DNA of 64,000 bases from Octopus vulgaris (lineage: Eukaryota). Under the pieces are notes generated by a model that saw only the letters and a list, made by a program, of their open reading frames with translations, did no database searches and was not told the DNA's origin. Shown here in pieces: positions 42,892 through 58,752 of the stretch (positions are counted from its first letter, which is position 1; each line of letters opens with the position of its first letter). A program made the position numbers and the translations under genes. Location: positions 3,782,001 to 3,846,000 of the forward strand of contig OX597828.1 of NCBI GenBank assembly GCA_951406725.2, written 5' to 3'.

Positions 42892-43241
42892 GAGAGAGGT
42901 AGAGAGAGAGAGTGAGAGAGAGAAAGAGAGAGAGGTACAGAGAGAGAATGAGAGAGAGAAAGAGAGAGAGAAAGAAAGAGAGTGAGAGGGAGGTAGAGAG
43001 AGAGAAAGAGAGAGAGGGAGAGAGAGAGAAAGAAAGAGAGAGATAGAGGGAGTTAGAGAGAGAGAGGGAGAGAGAGAAAGAAAGAGAGAGAGGGAGGTAG
43101 AGAGAGAGAGAAAGAGAGAGCAAGGGAGAGAGAGAAAGAAAGAGAGAGAGAGAAAGAGAGAGAGGGAGAGAGAGAAAGAAAGATAGAGAAAGAGAGAGAG
43201 GGGGAGGTAGATAGAGATAGAGAAAGAGAGTGAGAGTGAGC

Positions 43242-43282
<41 letters not shown>
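42850..43282. repeat. Imperfect (GA)n polypurine tract
   Basis: Direct observation. Confidence 0.95.
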
Positions 43283-43284
<2 letters not shown>

Positions 43285-43579
43285 TGATATTGAAGTCACT
43301 GAAGGAAATGAAGCCGTTTACGTATGCGTGCAGCGATATTCGTAGTCAGATTGAGATATGAATAAATTGATAAATGATTAATAAATAAACCCATATGTAA
43401 AAATAGATTAATTCGTTTATGAGTTATAAATTAATTATATGCCATGAATAATGACCCGAATAAGATCTCAAAAAAGTAAAAAAGGAGATTCAAGGATATG
43501 GACGAAAATAGCGATTAAGTAATGTTTAGTATGATGCCGAAATGTATACATAATGCCATGCACTACATACACAGAAATA

Positions 43580-43792
43580 TTGGTTTCAAATTTTGTCACT
43601 AGGCCAGCTATTTTGGGGGATGGGGTAAGTCAATTAAATCGACTCCGGTGCTCAAGTGGTACTTATTTTATCGACCCCGTAAGGATAAAAGGCAAAGTCC
43701 ACCTCGGCGGAATTTGAACTCAAAATATAAAGGGGAATGAGATGCTGCTAAGCAGTTTTGTCCGACATGTTTACGATTCTGTAAGCTCACCA
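43580..43792 (-). mobile_element. SINE family 1 relative
   Basis: ggtacttattttatcgacccc..aaaggcaaagtc.acctcggcggaatttgaactc. Confidence 0.8.
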
Positions 43793-44215
43793 CATTAACA
43801 AACATAGAAATGCGAAAGCTTGCCCTGACGGTCATACTAGAGATATCCGAACCAAAATTTATTTACATATGTAAAGTAAAGAATGCTGGTGGAATATTCT
43901 AATACAAGCACCGACTTGGTGTAAGCATAGGTGTCATTAGGCAAGATATTGAGGTAGGAAGCAAAATTCATATACTGTTGAATCCGCTTCACAGCAGATG
44001 AACATTGATTGGTAAGAATTGGAGAAAAAACAAAAAAATCTGTGGAAAATTAGTAAGAAGCATGCATCACTTATATTTAGGTTACGGGATTTCTGGGATG
44101 GGCGATTGTTTGTAATCACATACAAAAATAGAATATGTACACATGCACACTTTAGTATTCATGCGGACACACAGGCAGACACACAAACACACGCGCGAAC
44201 ATCCCCTCATATATA

Positions 44216-45060
44216 TAGGGGTTGTACACAATAATGTAAACATCTCAAAATTTCAAACAAATTTATTATAATTTGGGGGATGACCGACTTCGGCAATAAT
44301 TACAGCTTGAATTCGACGAGGCATGGACGCGTACAAAGTTTGAATTGTTTCCAAAAGAATATATGTCCATTCTTCAGCTAAAACAGTCTCCAGTTCTTGT
44401 AGTGATGATGGAAAAAGGTATCGACACTTTGTTTTTTTCCTAAAATGCACCATAAATGTTCAGCTATATTGCGGTCTGGGGACTGTGGTGGTTAGATAAG
44501 AAATCAACTTCATTAGAATGTTTCTTGTGCCATTCAATTACAACTTTAATTGTGTGAATTGGTGCATTATCATCCTGAAATATTGCATTTCCCTCTAGAA
44601 AAAGTTCCGCAACCATAGGATGCATTTGATCAGATAAAATGCTTAAACAGTCTTGACTATAAATTCTGCCATGAAAAGATACCATTGGGCCGTCGGATTT
44701 CCAAGATATAACCCCCCCCCCGATCATCACAGATCTTTCTCAAACGCTGTCATTACTTTCGAGACAGCACTTCTTGATACCCCAAACATTTTGGCTGTTT
44801 TCATTATGCTAGCGCCTGCCATACGAGCACCAACAATTGAAGCTGTTTGATAATCCGATAGATCTGTCATTTTAATGAATTTTAATTACCTTCTTCCGAT
44901 GATATCTGAAAAGAAACAGAAATTTTAGCCAAACATATTAAGCAACACTAAAAATAAATCAAAGAAACATTAAAAAAAACAAGCTTTTGGCGGTTTTATT
45001 GATATTTCAAAATAATGATGCTATGATGCGAGGTGCTTCCATTATTTACTCCAACCGCTG
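44216..45060 (-). mobile_element. Internally deleted Tc1 transposon
   Basis: MTDLSDYQ..IVGARMAG HTH, FQDDNAPIH, SMPRRIQAVI; degenerate ~30-bp TIRs. Confidence 0.85.
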
Positions 45061-45125
45061 TGTGTATATATGCAGATCAATCAATTCAAATAACCACAGA
45101 CCCAATCACATGTCTTCTCTAAATA

Positions 45126-45161
<36 letters not shown>

Positions 45162-45183
45162 CCGTATATATATGTATACATAC

Positions 45184-45233
<50 letters not shown>

Positions 45234-45328
45234 ATATATATATATATATAGACAATTTGTTGATGTTTTTATTGGAACAACTAAATTCAACGTGTAAGTT
45301 AGTTTCACTGTCTTCCTCTCTTTCTCGG

Positions 45329-45393
<65 letters not shown>

Positions 45394-45395
<2 letters not shown>

Positions 45396-45868
45396 TGTAC
45401 ATTAGAACACATTAAGAGGCTTCCAAATAGGAAGGCCTTGTGCTAGAAAGAGCACTAGAAAACTCAAACCACTAATTATGGCTAATTTTTCGAAAGGATT
45501 GAAAATTATAAACGTTTACCTTCTAATTTATTTGCTAGATCATGGTTTCTAACTCATTCCATTAAAAAAATATTTACTGAGGCTAGTTTTCGTCAGTAGG
45601 GAGCCTTTAGATTTCAAATATACACACAACTAGATGTGTGTATATTTGAAATCTAAAGGCTCCCTACTGACGAAAACTAGCCTCAGTAAATATTTTTTTA
45701 ATGGAATGAGTTAGAAACCATGATCTAGCAAATAAATTAGAAGGTAAACGTTTATAATTTTCAATCCTTTCGAGAAATTGGCCATAATTAGTGGTTTGAG
45801 TTTTCTACTGCTCTTTCTAACACAAGGCCTTCCTATTTGGAAGCCTCTTAATGTGTTCCAATGTACAC

Positions 45869-45869
<1 letters not shown>
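45394..45869. repeat. Near-perfect palindrome, 235-bp arms, 6-nt loop, in (TA)n; HHR-like motif in each arm
   Basis: Loop at 45629-45634; CUA-CUGACGA-aAACU..AGUUa-GAAA-ccauga-UC-UAG at 45664-45728. Confidence 0.9.
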
Positions 45870-45927
<58 letters not shown>

Positions 45928-45957
45928 TAAATATAAATATAACTATATATATATATA

Positions 45958-46180
45958 GACCTCGTCTACAGAATTCATGTTTTGTCCGTCTAATGATTTT
46001 GAAGACTGTGGAATAAATGTTAATGATAAGGGGCAATGTCCGGCGAATATGGTGGGAAGGACGTGTTTCCCATTCAAACTGCTCTAGCGTTTGGAATGTC
46101 ATCGTTGCTGTATGTGAGAGAGCATTGTCCTGATGGAGGAGCACCTTGAAATCAAAGATGGTCATTTTTCTTCTAGCACT
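45958..46180 (-). mobile_element. mariner transposase fragment
   Basis: LLHQDNALSH; same family as 57740-58530. Confidence 0.8.
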
Positions 46181-46365
46181 GACCTTAACAGGTCGCATTA
46201 CATACTAGGAGAGACAGTAAAAAACTCCAAACTTTTTTACTGTTCCTTCTAATATGTAGTGCGACCTGTTAAGGCTCGACAATAATTTTTATTTGAAAAA
46301 TATGTCTATTGACTTTGTATACGTGCTAGGCCACTGGTAGAAACATATTCTATAATTTTTCATAA

Positions 46366-46423
<58 letters not shown>

Positions 46424-46523
46424 TATAAGAAAGAAAAGAAATGTAGAAGTCTGAGAAAGTTTATACAATAAAGTTTATGGTAATATTAGGATCATATTGC
46501 ATCATTACAACATTACAAATTAA

Positions 46524-46562
46524 ATAAGTACCAGTTTCACGATCAAACGATTGTCAACTTAT
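46524..46562 (-). ncRNA. Minimal hammerhead, U3-A8 core variant
   Basis: AUAAG-UUGACAA-ucguuugaucgu-GAAA-CUGG-UA-CUUAU. Confidence 0.6.
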
Positions 46563-46824
46563 AGAGAGAATACGTTTCTGCTGTCAATAGGACGCCATCT
46601 TTGAAATAAAGTTGACAGAGATGAAGTGATATGTCAAGGGGAGCAACTCTTATTTTTACATGAAGCTCTTCGGTGTTTTTGGTAATCATAGTTACAGGAG
46701 TGATTTCATTTTATACACAGTTAATTATATTACCTTACTAGGTTTTAAAGGTTAAGCAGTAATGTGTGAATGAGTGCATATGCATGTATTTTATGCTCTA
46801 ATATCTCATTTTCTCTCCTGTGAA

Positions 46825-46878
<54 letters not shown>

Positions 46879-46884
<6 letters not shown>

Positions 46885-47220
46885 AGTGAATTGAAGAAAT
46901 GGAGCTGAACGAAGATTGAACAGAAATCGTTTTATTTCATTCTACACGTGTTTCGAAAGGCACAACTTACCAAAATCCGATTGAATAATGAGACCATATT
47001 GTGTCTTTCTCTTCAGGAAGAAATAGGAAATCCGTTGGAAAAACCAAAAACAGAACAGAGGCGGAGCCAAACAAGTCGAACTAGGCTCCTAAGAGCCCAT
47101 GGCCAAACATTATTCAATCGGATTTTGGTAAATTGTGCCTTTCGAAACACGTGTAGAATGAAATAAAACGATTTCTGTTCAATCTTCGTTCAGCTCCATT
47201 TCTTCAATTCACTAATAATA
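46879..47220. repeat. Fold-back with ~112-bp arms (PLE pLTR-like)
   Basis: 46879-46990 is the reverse complement of 47108-47220. Confidence 0.9.
46934..47024 (-). ncRNA. Type I hammerhead with long stem II
   Basis: AUUUCUUC-CUGAAGA-GAAAGaCACAA..UUGUGcCUUUC-GAAA-CACGUG-UA-GAAuGAAAU. Confidence 0.8.
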
Positions 47221-47367
47221 TTAAAATTCAATTATCCGCACCAACGCACGGTTGCAACACCATATGGTTGTACCTCCAACCGTGCTGTCTTCTGCTGTGA
47301 TTTTTGCTACCAAGGTATCGGTTAAACTTTTGATTAATCTGCTACAAGATTATTCATCTTTCTATTT

Positions 47368-47448
<81 letters not shown>

Positions 47449-47589
47449 TATATATACATATAAGTATCAACAGTAATTTATACCTACAAATTGTGGTTGG
47501 CATACATATATAACTTGTTTGTATATGTTGAAGTTCCATAATTGAATAAACTATATCAGTTCAATAGAAAATGAACGACAAAGCAATTG

Positions 47590-48720
47590 CCAAGATATGA
47601 ATTCTTTCTTCATAAGAGTCATGTTGGACCTCTTATGACTCAGGTGAGTCCAGTCAGCAAATTTATATAGAGGGAAGATAATGAATTTATGGTGTATTTG
47701 TTTTGTACATACTTCGATATGTTCACTGAGATGAATTTGGCGGTATTATGGTGAGGCTACCTGTTGACGATGCACCGTACAACGTTTACGGATGGAATCC
47801 CCCGTGCTATCGATACAGTCTTTCTGGCAGCCCGAGCATCTAATTACGCAGATCAATTTTTCGGACGCACAAGGGAAATTTTATTTAATTGTAAAGTGTT
47901 TCCCTTGTTTAAAATAGTATTCTGACCCTTCCAAAATGTTGGAGTATTTACCACAGTTGAGGCGATTACATTTTTTCTTTACTTTGGGGCTTGTTGTGGA
48001 GGGGAATAATTTTGCATTCGTTAGCAATTTCTTTAATGACTTAGGTTGTTTGTTGCTTTTCAGTTTTTAGTTCTTGTGTAGCATTGGTAGGTTTTGTATG
48101 ATAGTGCTGAATGCCTCTTTGTTTCTGGGGTTGTATGTGGAAATGTAGGGTAGTGTTTTAATGAGAGGTTTGTTAATGTCTTTGGGTTTTCTTAATATCT
48201 CAGTGTTGATAGATTTGGCACGTCTTATTCCTTCATTAATGAGTTGGATCCGGTAGTGTCCATCCAGGAGGATGTTTTTCAGTTCTTGTAGTCTTAAATC
48301 TGTTTTTCTTCTCTGAGACAATAGTGCAGATTCTTCTTCGAAGGTTGAAGGGGATGTTTGTTTTTGTGTGTCTAGGATGGCAAGAACTAAAGAGAAGTTA
48401 TTGTTTTGCATCTGTTGTTTTATAAAATATGTCTGTTTCGATTTTGTTATTGTTTGTGTTTTAATTAGAATGTCTAGGAATGGAAGTGCCTTCTGGTTGT
48501 ACTCCATTGTGAATTGAATGCTTGCATGGAGGCTGTTCAGAAGTGTTTTACATTCTAGAAGTTTGTTTAAGTTGTTATTCAAGAGTATGAAGCAGTCATC
48601 CGGGTATCTCTTCCAAGTCTCTTTAATGTATTGGGGGAGAGGGTCTCCAAATTGTTGCAGTGGATTCTGCTATATTTGTTCTCTAAGAAGCCCATTGTGC
48701 GGTTGAGAACGGTAGGTGCT
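47590..48720 (-). mobile_element. Penelope-like relic (Neptune-like), RT C-terminus plus GIY-YIG
   Basis: [48 protein letters not shown]...TG..IRKR..VHRQQ. Confidence 0.88.
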
Positions 48721-48781
48721 GCTCTCGTGACCATCAAAGATGACGTCCTATTGACGTCCTATATGCATACATACATACATG

Positions 48782-48813
<32 letters not shown>

Positions 48814-48863
48814 CATACATACATACATACATACATATATTCATATATACATATATATATATA

Positions 48864-48899
<36 letters not shown>

Positions 48900-48901
<2 letters not shown>

Positions 48902-49232
48902 AAAAAAGTCAAGAAAGAAAATGTTAAAACAATTATATAAAAAAATTTTAGTACCGGTTTCAGACGTTGGGACTTTTTCAACTGTAAGTATGGAAAACAA
49001 TTAAATTTTGGAAAAGTTAAAGGAAAAGTTTTTTAAAAGAATATTTGCATAGTATTCAAATGCAAGGGGCATTTTCCTCGTTTCTGCCTGTCTCTGCCTC
49101 TCTTTCTTGTAACTTTTCCAAAATTGAATTGTTTTCCGTACTTACAATTAAAAAAGTCTCAATGACTGAAACCGGAACTGAAATGTCTCTTATAAAATTA
49201 TTTTAGCATTTTCTACCTTGACTATTCTCCCA
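48900..49232. repeat. Diverged fold-back; each arm has a decayed U3-A8 hammerhead
   Basis: Arms ~48900-49020 and 49108-49232; consensus cag-UUGAAAA-AGUC..GACU-GAAA-CCGG-UA-cug. Confidence 0.65.
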
Positions 49233-49281
49233 TATATATCAACTCGTGTTTTCCTTTTCAACCTTCTACATACATACATAT

Positions 49282-49314
<33 letters not shown>

Positions 49315-49316
49315 AA

Positions 49317-50897
49317 CAGTGCCGGCCAAAATGTTCATAACGGCATAGTTTTCGTCAGAAAAGTAGATATAATTTTTTTATCAAAGTTGTTTTATATTCT
49401 ATAATTTTCACAGACAATAAATACGATATTATTTGTTATTGCCTGAGATTTTGGTGTAATTTGAGAGGATAATACAAAAGTTATGGATGATTTAGTGATT
49501 TACTGCAAAACCCATGGCGGCCAAAAGGATCAGAACGGTTGCTTTTACTCCGTGTTTTAGTATATTTAACCAGCGAACTCTAATGTTTTGAATGTGTATA
49601 CGTGACGGTTCGTTTACTAAACATTAGTAAGAATATTTGCAGTGTACTTTGTTAATATAATGCTACTTACTCCGTTACCAATTCGTCAGCAGATTATTAA
49701 ACTTCGAAGGAAGGATAATTTAAGTATTGGATCTATTGCAAAGATTGTTAACAAGTCAAAAAGTGTTGTACACGGTATTCTTAAGGCCTACGATGATTGT
49801 GGTTCGTGTGAAGCAAGAAAGTTTACAGGTAGGCCAAGAAAAACGACCACGAGAGAAGATCGTGCTATGGTAAAGTTGGTTAAAAAGGACAGATTTAAAA
49901 CTGCTGCTGCTGTTTCTCGGAAAATGAGCATTGTATTGAAGAAAACTTTATCTCGAAAAACTGTGTCTCGTCGTTTTGTTGAACATGACCTACAAGCAAG
50001 AGCACCTGCAGTGAAGCCACTGATCAGCTCCAAGAATAAAAAGTGTCGTCTTACCTTTGCAACCGAACATGTGTTGTGGTCTCAAGAAAAATGGCAAACG
50101 ATAAATCTAAGTTTATGTTATTTGGCTTAGATGGGAAAAGTAGGTGAAAAATTGTCGCCTAAATGCCTTAAGACTAGTGTTAAATTCAGTGGAGGAAGTG
50201 TCATGGTTTGGGGGATGATATCTGGAGATGGTGTGGGCCCTTTGGTGCGATTACATGGAAAGGTAAATGCAGGAGTTTATAAACAACTTGTAAAATATCA
50301 TGTCTTGCCTGTGCTGAGAAATTCAACTAAGCGACCACCCATATTCATGCAGGACAATGCCCCATATCACAAGGCTAAGGTGGTCATGAATTTCCTCAAG
50401 GCTGAAAAGGTTATTGTTATGGATTGGTCTGCTCAAAGCCCAGATCTCAATCCTATTGAAAATGTATGGAATATTCTAGGAGAACGTTCGAAAGCCAGAA
50501 ATCCTAAAACAACTGAGTAATTATGGAATGCCCTTCAGGAAGAATGGAATAAATTGAAAATTTAATTTCCTCATGCAGTCGAATATGTCAGAGTGTGATT
50601 GAAGCTAAAGGGCTTCACACTAAATATTAAATATTTCCAGTATTCTCTGTCATTTTTGATTATTTTGTTATTTTTTCAACCGTTCTGATCATTTTGGCCG
50701 CCATGGGTTTTGCGGTAAATCACTAAATCATCCATAACTTTTGTATTATCCTCTCAAATTTCACCAAAATCTCAGACAATAACAATTAATATTGTATTTA
50801 TTGTTTGTGAAAATTATAGAATATAAAACTCCTGTGCTAAAAACGTATACTTACTTTTCTGACAAAAACAATGTCGTTCTGAACATTTTGACCGCAA

Positions 50898-50900
<3 letters not shown>
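49317..50900 (+). mobile_element. Tc1 (DD34E) transposon, near full length, inactivated; ~220-bp IR/DR-type TIRs
   Basis: CAGT..ACTG ends; HTH, GRPRKT, FMQDNAPYH-34 aa-SPDLNPIE; first catalytic D deleted, stops and frameshifts. Confidence 0.95.
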
Positions 50901-50973
<73 letters not shown>

Positions 50974-51768
50974 ACGCACACACTCTCTCACACACATACA
51001 CACATATGCAGATACACAAAAATAACAACATATTAAAAAAATGCATTTGAGAGAGAAGCAAACGATAAAGTAAAATAAGACTATATCCATTTAAAGATTC
51101 GTATAAAATGTCTGATTGAAGGAGAAATCTATTGTCAGAAATTTCAAATTTTAATCATTTTAATACGGCTTCGCTACATCTGCGTGATATCATCGGCAAG
51201 CATTTTGCATCAAAGCCTCCTGAAGTTCAGTATATAGCAATGCAAAAATTCCTTGTGTTTATGTTTACACTTGCACACATACACGAACTCTTACAAACCT
51301 GAACAACCGCATGCATACTTGAATAGCTCTGTATTTGTATCTCCTTGTATCACTGCTTATATTCTATGCTTCTTGTTGCTTGGTATAAACCATCCCTAGC
51401 GGGATATTTTGCCTATTAATTTATTGGATAATCTCAGTTGATGGAAGTTTTTCAGCTACTATATGTAAGAGCTTCATGTATACCTACTATACAAAACACT
51501 CCTCTAAGTTATTTTCCTGCATCCATATTGTTGAAATTCATGATCAATGCTATTATATAACCTCCGTTTCTACATATATTGATTACTCTTAATCTTGGCA
51601 ACTGAGCAGAATATGCTTCGTTTAGGAAATCTAATTAAACGAAAAGATATCCGCTGCTTTCTCCATCTTTTAAAAAATCAGATCCATTACAAACTACATT
51701 GTCTGTATTATAGGAAGAATTTGAAATCAGCTTATAATAAATATCTTCTTTTCTCATTTGCTTCTATG

Positions 51769-51990
51769 AGGGGACGCGTGGATCAATGGTTGCGAATGTT
51801 AGACTCACGAGCATAAGAGTGTCGTCTCGATTTCGGGTGTGTACGTTGTGTTCTTAAGCAAACCACTTCGTTTCACGTTGCTCCAGTCCACTCAGCTGGC
51901 AAAAATGAGTAAATCTTGGACGGACCGGAACCCCATCTATTTCGGATACATGCGCTACAGACACCGGGAAACTGGTCTTATAAGTCTATA
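51769..51990 (+). mobile_element. tRNA-derived SINE family 3
   Basis: Matches 8303-8482. Confidence 0.7.
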
Positions 51991-52834
51991 TGACTTGGTG
52001 AGGAAAGGGGCTATTATCTTTTTTCCGTTTTGTTGTATAGATTTGGAATACATGGAAGGAACTTTGTTTCCTATTAATTGCGACAATAATTGGGATTGAT
52101 CGAAGTTTTAAAACTCAATTTATTATATAATCAAATTCTTTATACGTTTGTACTTAATATTAAGAGGCGGAGGTATTTTTGTCTTAGCCATTTTCTGCTA
52201 TTCGCAGTCAATGTAACTATATTCCATGTCTGGCTAAATGTATTGATCACCCTTGATGCTGAGAAGAATGTCCTTGGATGAGGTGATCTAATAACACAAA
52301 CACCAGTTGTACCTTTTGTCAGTCAGTTTAAAATACCGAATCGACAGCAACTTTCATTACGTACGCTAGAGAAAAACTCGATCAACTTTTCATATTGATA
52401 CCTTACTTTTTCTATACGATTTTAAACAGTCCAAGGTGGGTATTTTGTCCACTATCAACTTAGATAATCTCAGTTTTCCATCTTACTATATTACCTACGT
52501 AAGATATTATCCACTTTGTATCAAGTAGAGCGTTCCTTCAAGAAATTGCTTATGTCTCTTCAAAAAGTTCATTATTCACCTACGCTAGTTCTCAATGTTA
52601 AAATTCTAACCTAAACATTTAGTTAACAGAAGAACTCCTTTGTTTTCGATTCAACAACCGATTTATAGAGATCATCAACTGTAATGTATCTATGTATTCA
52701 ATCCTAGTTGAAGTCTAGTCAGCGGACATAATTTTTACAAATACATCAGATATACTGAGAGAAAAAAATATCCTTAAAATTCAAATATATAACTGCAAGT
52801 GTGCTGGCAAAGAATTAACAGATATCAATGTTAA

Positions 52835-53222
52835 TATTGGCTTCAGATTTTGACACAAGGCCAGTAATTTTGGGAGAGGGCGCAAACTGAATCCCAGTGA
52901 TCAAATGGTACTTATTTTTATTGATCTAGAAAAGATGAAAGGCAAATAGAGTTCACTTTAAAATTTGAGCTCAACGTAAAGATGGACAAAATATCGCGAA
53001 ACATTATGTCCAGTGCGCCAAAAATCCTCCAGCTCACCGCCTTATATCAATACTAATATTCGTTTCAAATTTCGGCACAAGGCCAGCAATTACAAGGGTG
53101 TGGTAAATCAATTACATCACTCCCCAGTTCTCAACTGTTGTTATTTTATCGACCAAGAAAGGGTGAAAGACAAAGTCGATTCGGAGGAGTTGAACACCAG
53201 ACGTACGGAATACCGCTAAGCA
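52835..53222 (-). mobile_element. Two adjacent degenerate SINE family 1 relatives
   Basis: Both show cacaaggccag.aatt..ttatttta..aaag..gaaag.caaa as in 43580-43792. Confidence 0.7.
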
Positions 53223-53232
53223 CTTTGTGTGG

Positions 53233-53278
<46 letters not shown>

Positions 53279-53479
53279 CTATACACTTGGCTGCGAGCAT
53301 AAATATTTCACTTCAAAACCACTATCTACCTCCAGTTGTTATCCCCCTGTTCTGCACACATGCACTAATACGCACACATGCACACACACGTAAATATATA
53401 TACTTTTTACTTTTACTTTTTTTTTCAGACGTCATCAGAAAGAAGTCTGAAAAACTGTTGAGAGGCGATTTGGTAATAC

Positions 53480-56120
<2,641 letters not shown>

Positions 56121-57060
56121 AAATATTCCATTCGCTGTTGCTTTGTGTTATCCAGCCAATTTATTATCGACTAACTGTTGCCTGTATTTTGCAACTAAAT
56201 TTTATATCTGGACTGATGATTCTTGACTATTAGTGCTTTTGGTGATTTGTATAATAGTTCCACTGTTAGATATGTTATTGTCATGAATAACATTTTCAAA
56301 AATAATGCAAAATATATAACAATGAATTAGCAATAAAAGCATAACCAATCTATATCATAGTATAAAGGTTATAAATTCATAATTGCACTCATAACAAACT
56401 TCAGCATAAAAACCTATAAGAAATAACGTGACGTTAACTCATGGGAATTCACGATCCTTTTCTGTGGTTAAGACGGGGAATGTATAAACAGACTAGATGC
56501 ATGGTGATAATGTGTGTTACTTTTTAGCCTAATGGATCAGATTATCGTATACAGATAAATGGCCGTACATAAAAATCCATTATTGCATATACACCATGCA
56601 TCTGAATTAGGGAGACTAAACTATAATAGTCTGAGAACCTTGTTTAGTTTTCCCTGTTCAATCTGAATACCAGTTGGTTTCTGATGGGTCACAATGGTAA
56701 CAGATGAAAGGATAGCGATCACTGCGTAGCTGGTGCTCTACTTCATAGGGGTGCCCTATTCATGGTGGGCTATATCTATAGTATTTGTGTTTAATGTGGT
56801 CATTGATGGAACATTGATGCGTCTCTTTGCTGAGAAGGGGAAATGGTATTTACTCTTACACTGGACTGACCATAATGAAACAGTTCTTGCCTAAATACCG
56901 CGATGACATGAAAGTAAAATTGCAAGATAAAAATTTGATTTCAGTAAACCGTATATGCTACAATATCCGTTGAGCTCATATCTGTTATTTGTTCTATAGA
57001 ATTGAATGCTTTTATAAATAATGGCAATTCTGCTAAAGCACAGCAATTTTATTCACATAA

Positions 57061-57281
57061 AGTATTCCCTCGACTATCGCGGATGTTATGTTCCAAACCA
57101 CTTCGCGATAGGGGAAAATCCGCGAAGTAGAAACAGTACTGTACTGTATATTTTGTTTATTATTTTTATAATGTGTATATATTTATTTTATTATAAATGC
57201 AAAACAACACCACGGAGGAATCGACGTAAGGTTAAATAGTAAACCGTCATAGGTGAAGCGCTATATGGCGAGGGATTACTG
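57061..57281. mobile_element. pogo/Tigger-type MITE
   Basis: TIR (c)agtaatccctcg; second copy at 61645-61873. Confidence 0.85.
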
Positions 57282-57366
57282 TGTTCACGTATAAGTTGCT
57301 CTCTGTCTCTCTGTATCTCGTCTGTTTGTCTGTCTGTCTGTCTCTGTCTCCCTCTCTCTCTTTCTT

Positions 57367-57426
<60 letters not shown>

Positions 57427-57739
57427 CATACACCAATTATATGAAATTTGTGTGTGCATGCTATTTTCTTTTCTTTAGTCATCCCTAATAATTTTACTAT
57501 TGACTTTTGGTGTGGTGAATTCTGAAATTAATCTCAACTTCATCGATACTCATTTTATAGAGAGAATATCATTAGAAATAAATCCTAGCAAGATTTGAAC
57601 TCCTTGTGTAGAGAAATGAAATTAGATAATAAAAAGCATGTTTTGATGACTTATAAATTTTGTTTATACACCGACCTCTGCTCATTTTGATACTTGGATA
57701 TATGCCAGCAATATAATGCAATCTGTATAGTCGTATGTA

Positions 57740-58530
57740 TTGGGTCATCCCATAACTAATGCGATTTTGTCCTACTCCTGTTACTTTTCAAAATTAAAAT
57801 AAACAAAGTTCTTTTCTAGTCTAAAATATACTCTCTTTCACTTTCTTCAATGCTCTTCCGTCTATCTGATAGGCTTGCAAAGCCTGTCTTCCAAAATTCA
57901 CTTGTCCAAGACGAAACATTCCTCCAGTACTGTTCTGGCCTCGTCTGCAGAATTCATATTTTGCCTTCCAAATGATTGATTTTGAAGACTGTGGAATAAA
58001 TAATAATGAGATGGGGCAATGTCCGGCGAATATGGTGGGTGGGGGAATTGTATTCCATTCAAACTGCTTCTGTTTTTGGAATGTCATCGTCGCTGTATGT
58101 GGCCAGGCATTATCCTGTTTGAAGAACACCTTTTGCCTTGAAACCAAAGATGGTCGTTTTTCTTCTTGCACCGACTTGAATGACTGGCTGAATGACTCAT
58201 CGAACTCTACAGTTCTTCCAGGATGAGGTTCGTCTTCTAGGCTGGCGTTCCCAACTCGGAATTTCTGGAAACACCGTTGACACTGGCTTACGCTTATTGT
58301 ACGATCCCATATACTGCATTAATATTCCTCGCACTTTCCGTTGCGTTGTTGCCGTTACTGAACTCATAAAGCAAAATATGGTGAATATGTTCCTTTGTCA
58401 CTTGCATTATAGCTTTGAAAAAATATCAGTTAAATTCGAATTGCACTCTTCAAAACTTGCACTAAGAATAAGTACTCCGACTTTTACTTTATGCGATTTA
58501 AAAAACCGCATTATTTATGGTATGATCCAA
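57740..58530 (-). mobile_element. Internally deleted mariner element
   Basis: TA-flanked ~28-bp TIRs ttgggtcatcccataa.taatgcg; QDNAWPH, SPDIAP motifs. Confidence 0.88.
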
Positions 58531-58557
58531 TATTATGTCATTGTTAGATATTTAGTT

Positions 58558-58752
58558 AAGGTGCTGAGTTGGCTGGATTGCTGGGTTGTCGGGAAAATGC
58601 CTTGTTCTGGTTCTTTATATCACGAGTTCAAATCATACCGAGGTCAAAATTGCTTTATATCAGTCCAGATCGAAAAATAAAATACTAATCAAGTACTGGG
58701 TTCGATGTATCGACTAACAACGCCCCCCTCTAATTGTTGGTATTGTGCCTAA
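58558..58752 (+). mobile_element. Degenerate SINE family 1 relative
   Basis: gagttcaaatc..ccgaggtc..ttgcttt core. Confidence 0.55.

Noticed and set aside
46565-46680. CCGAAGA..GAAACGUA on minus with long insert
   Set aside because: Stem I does not pair
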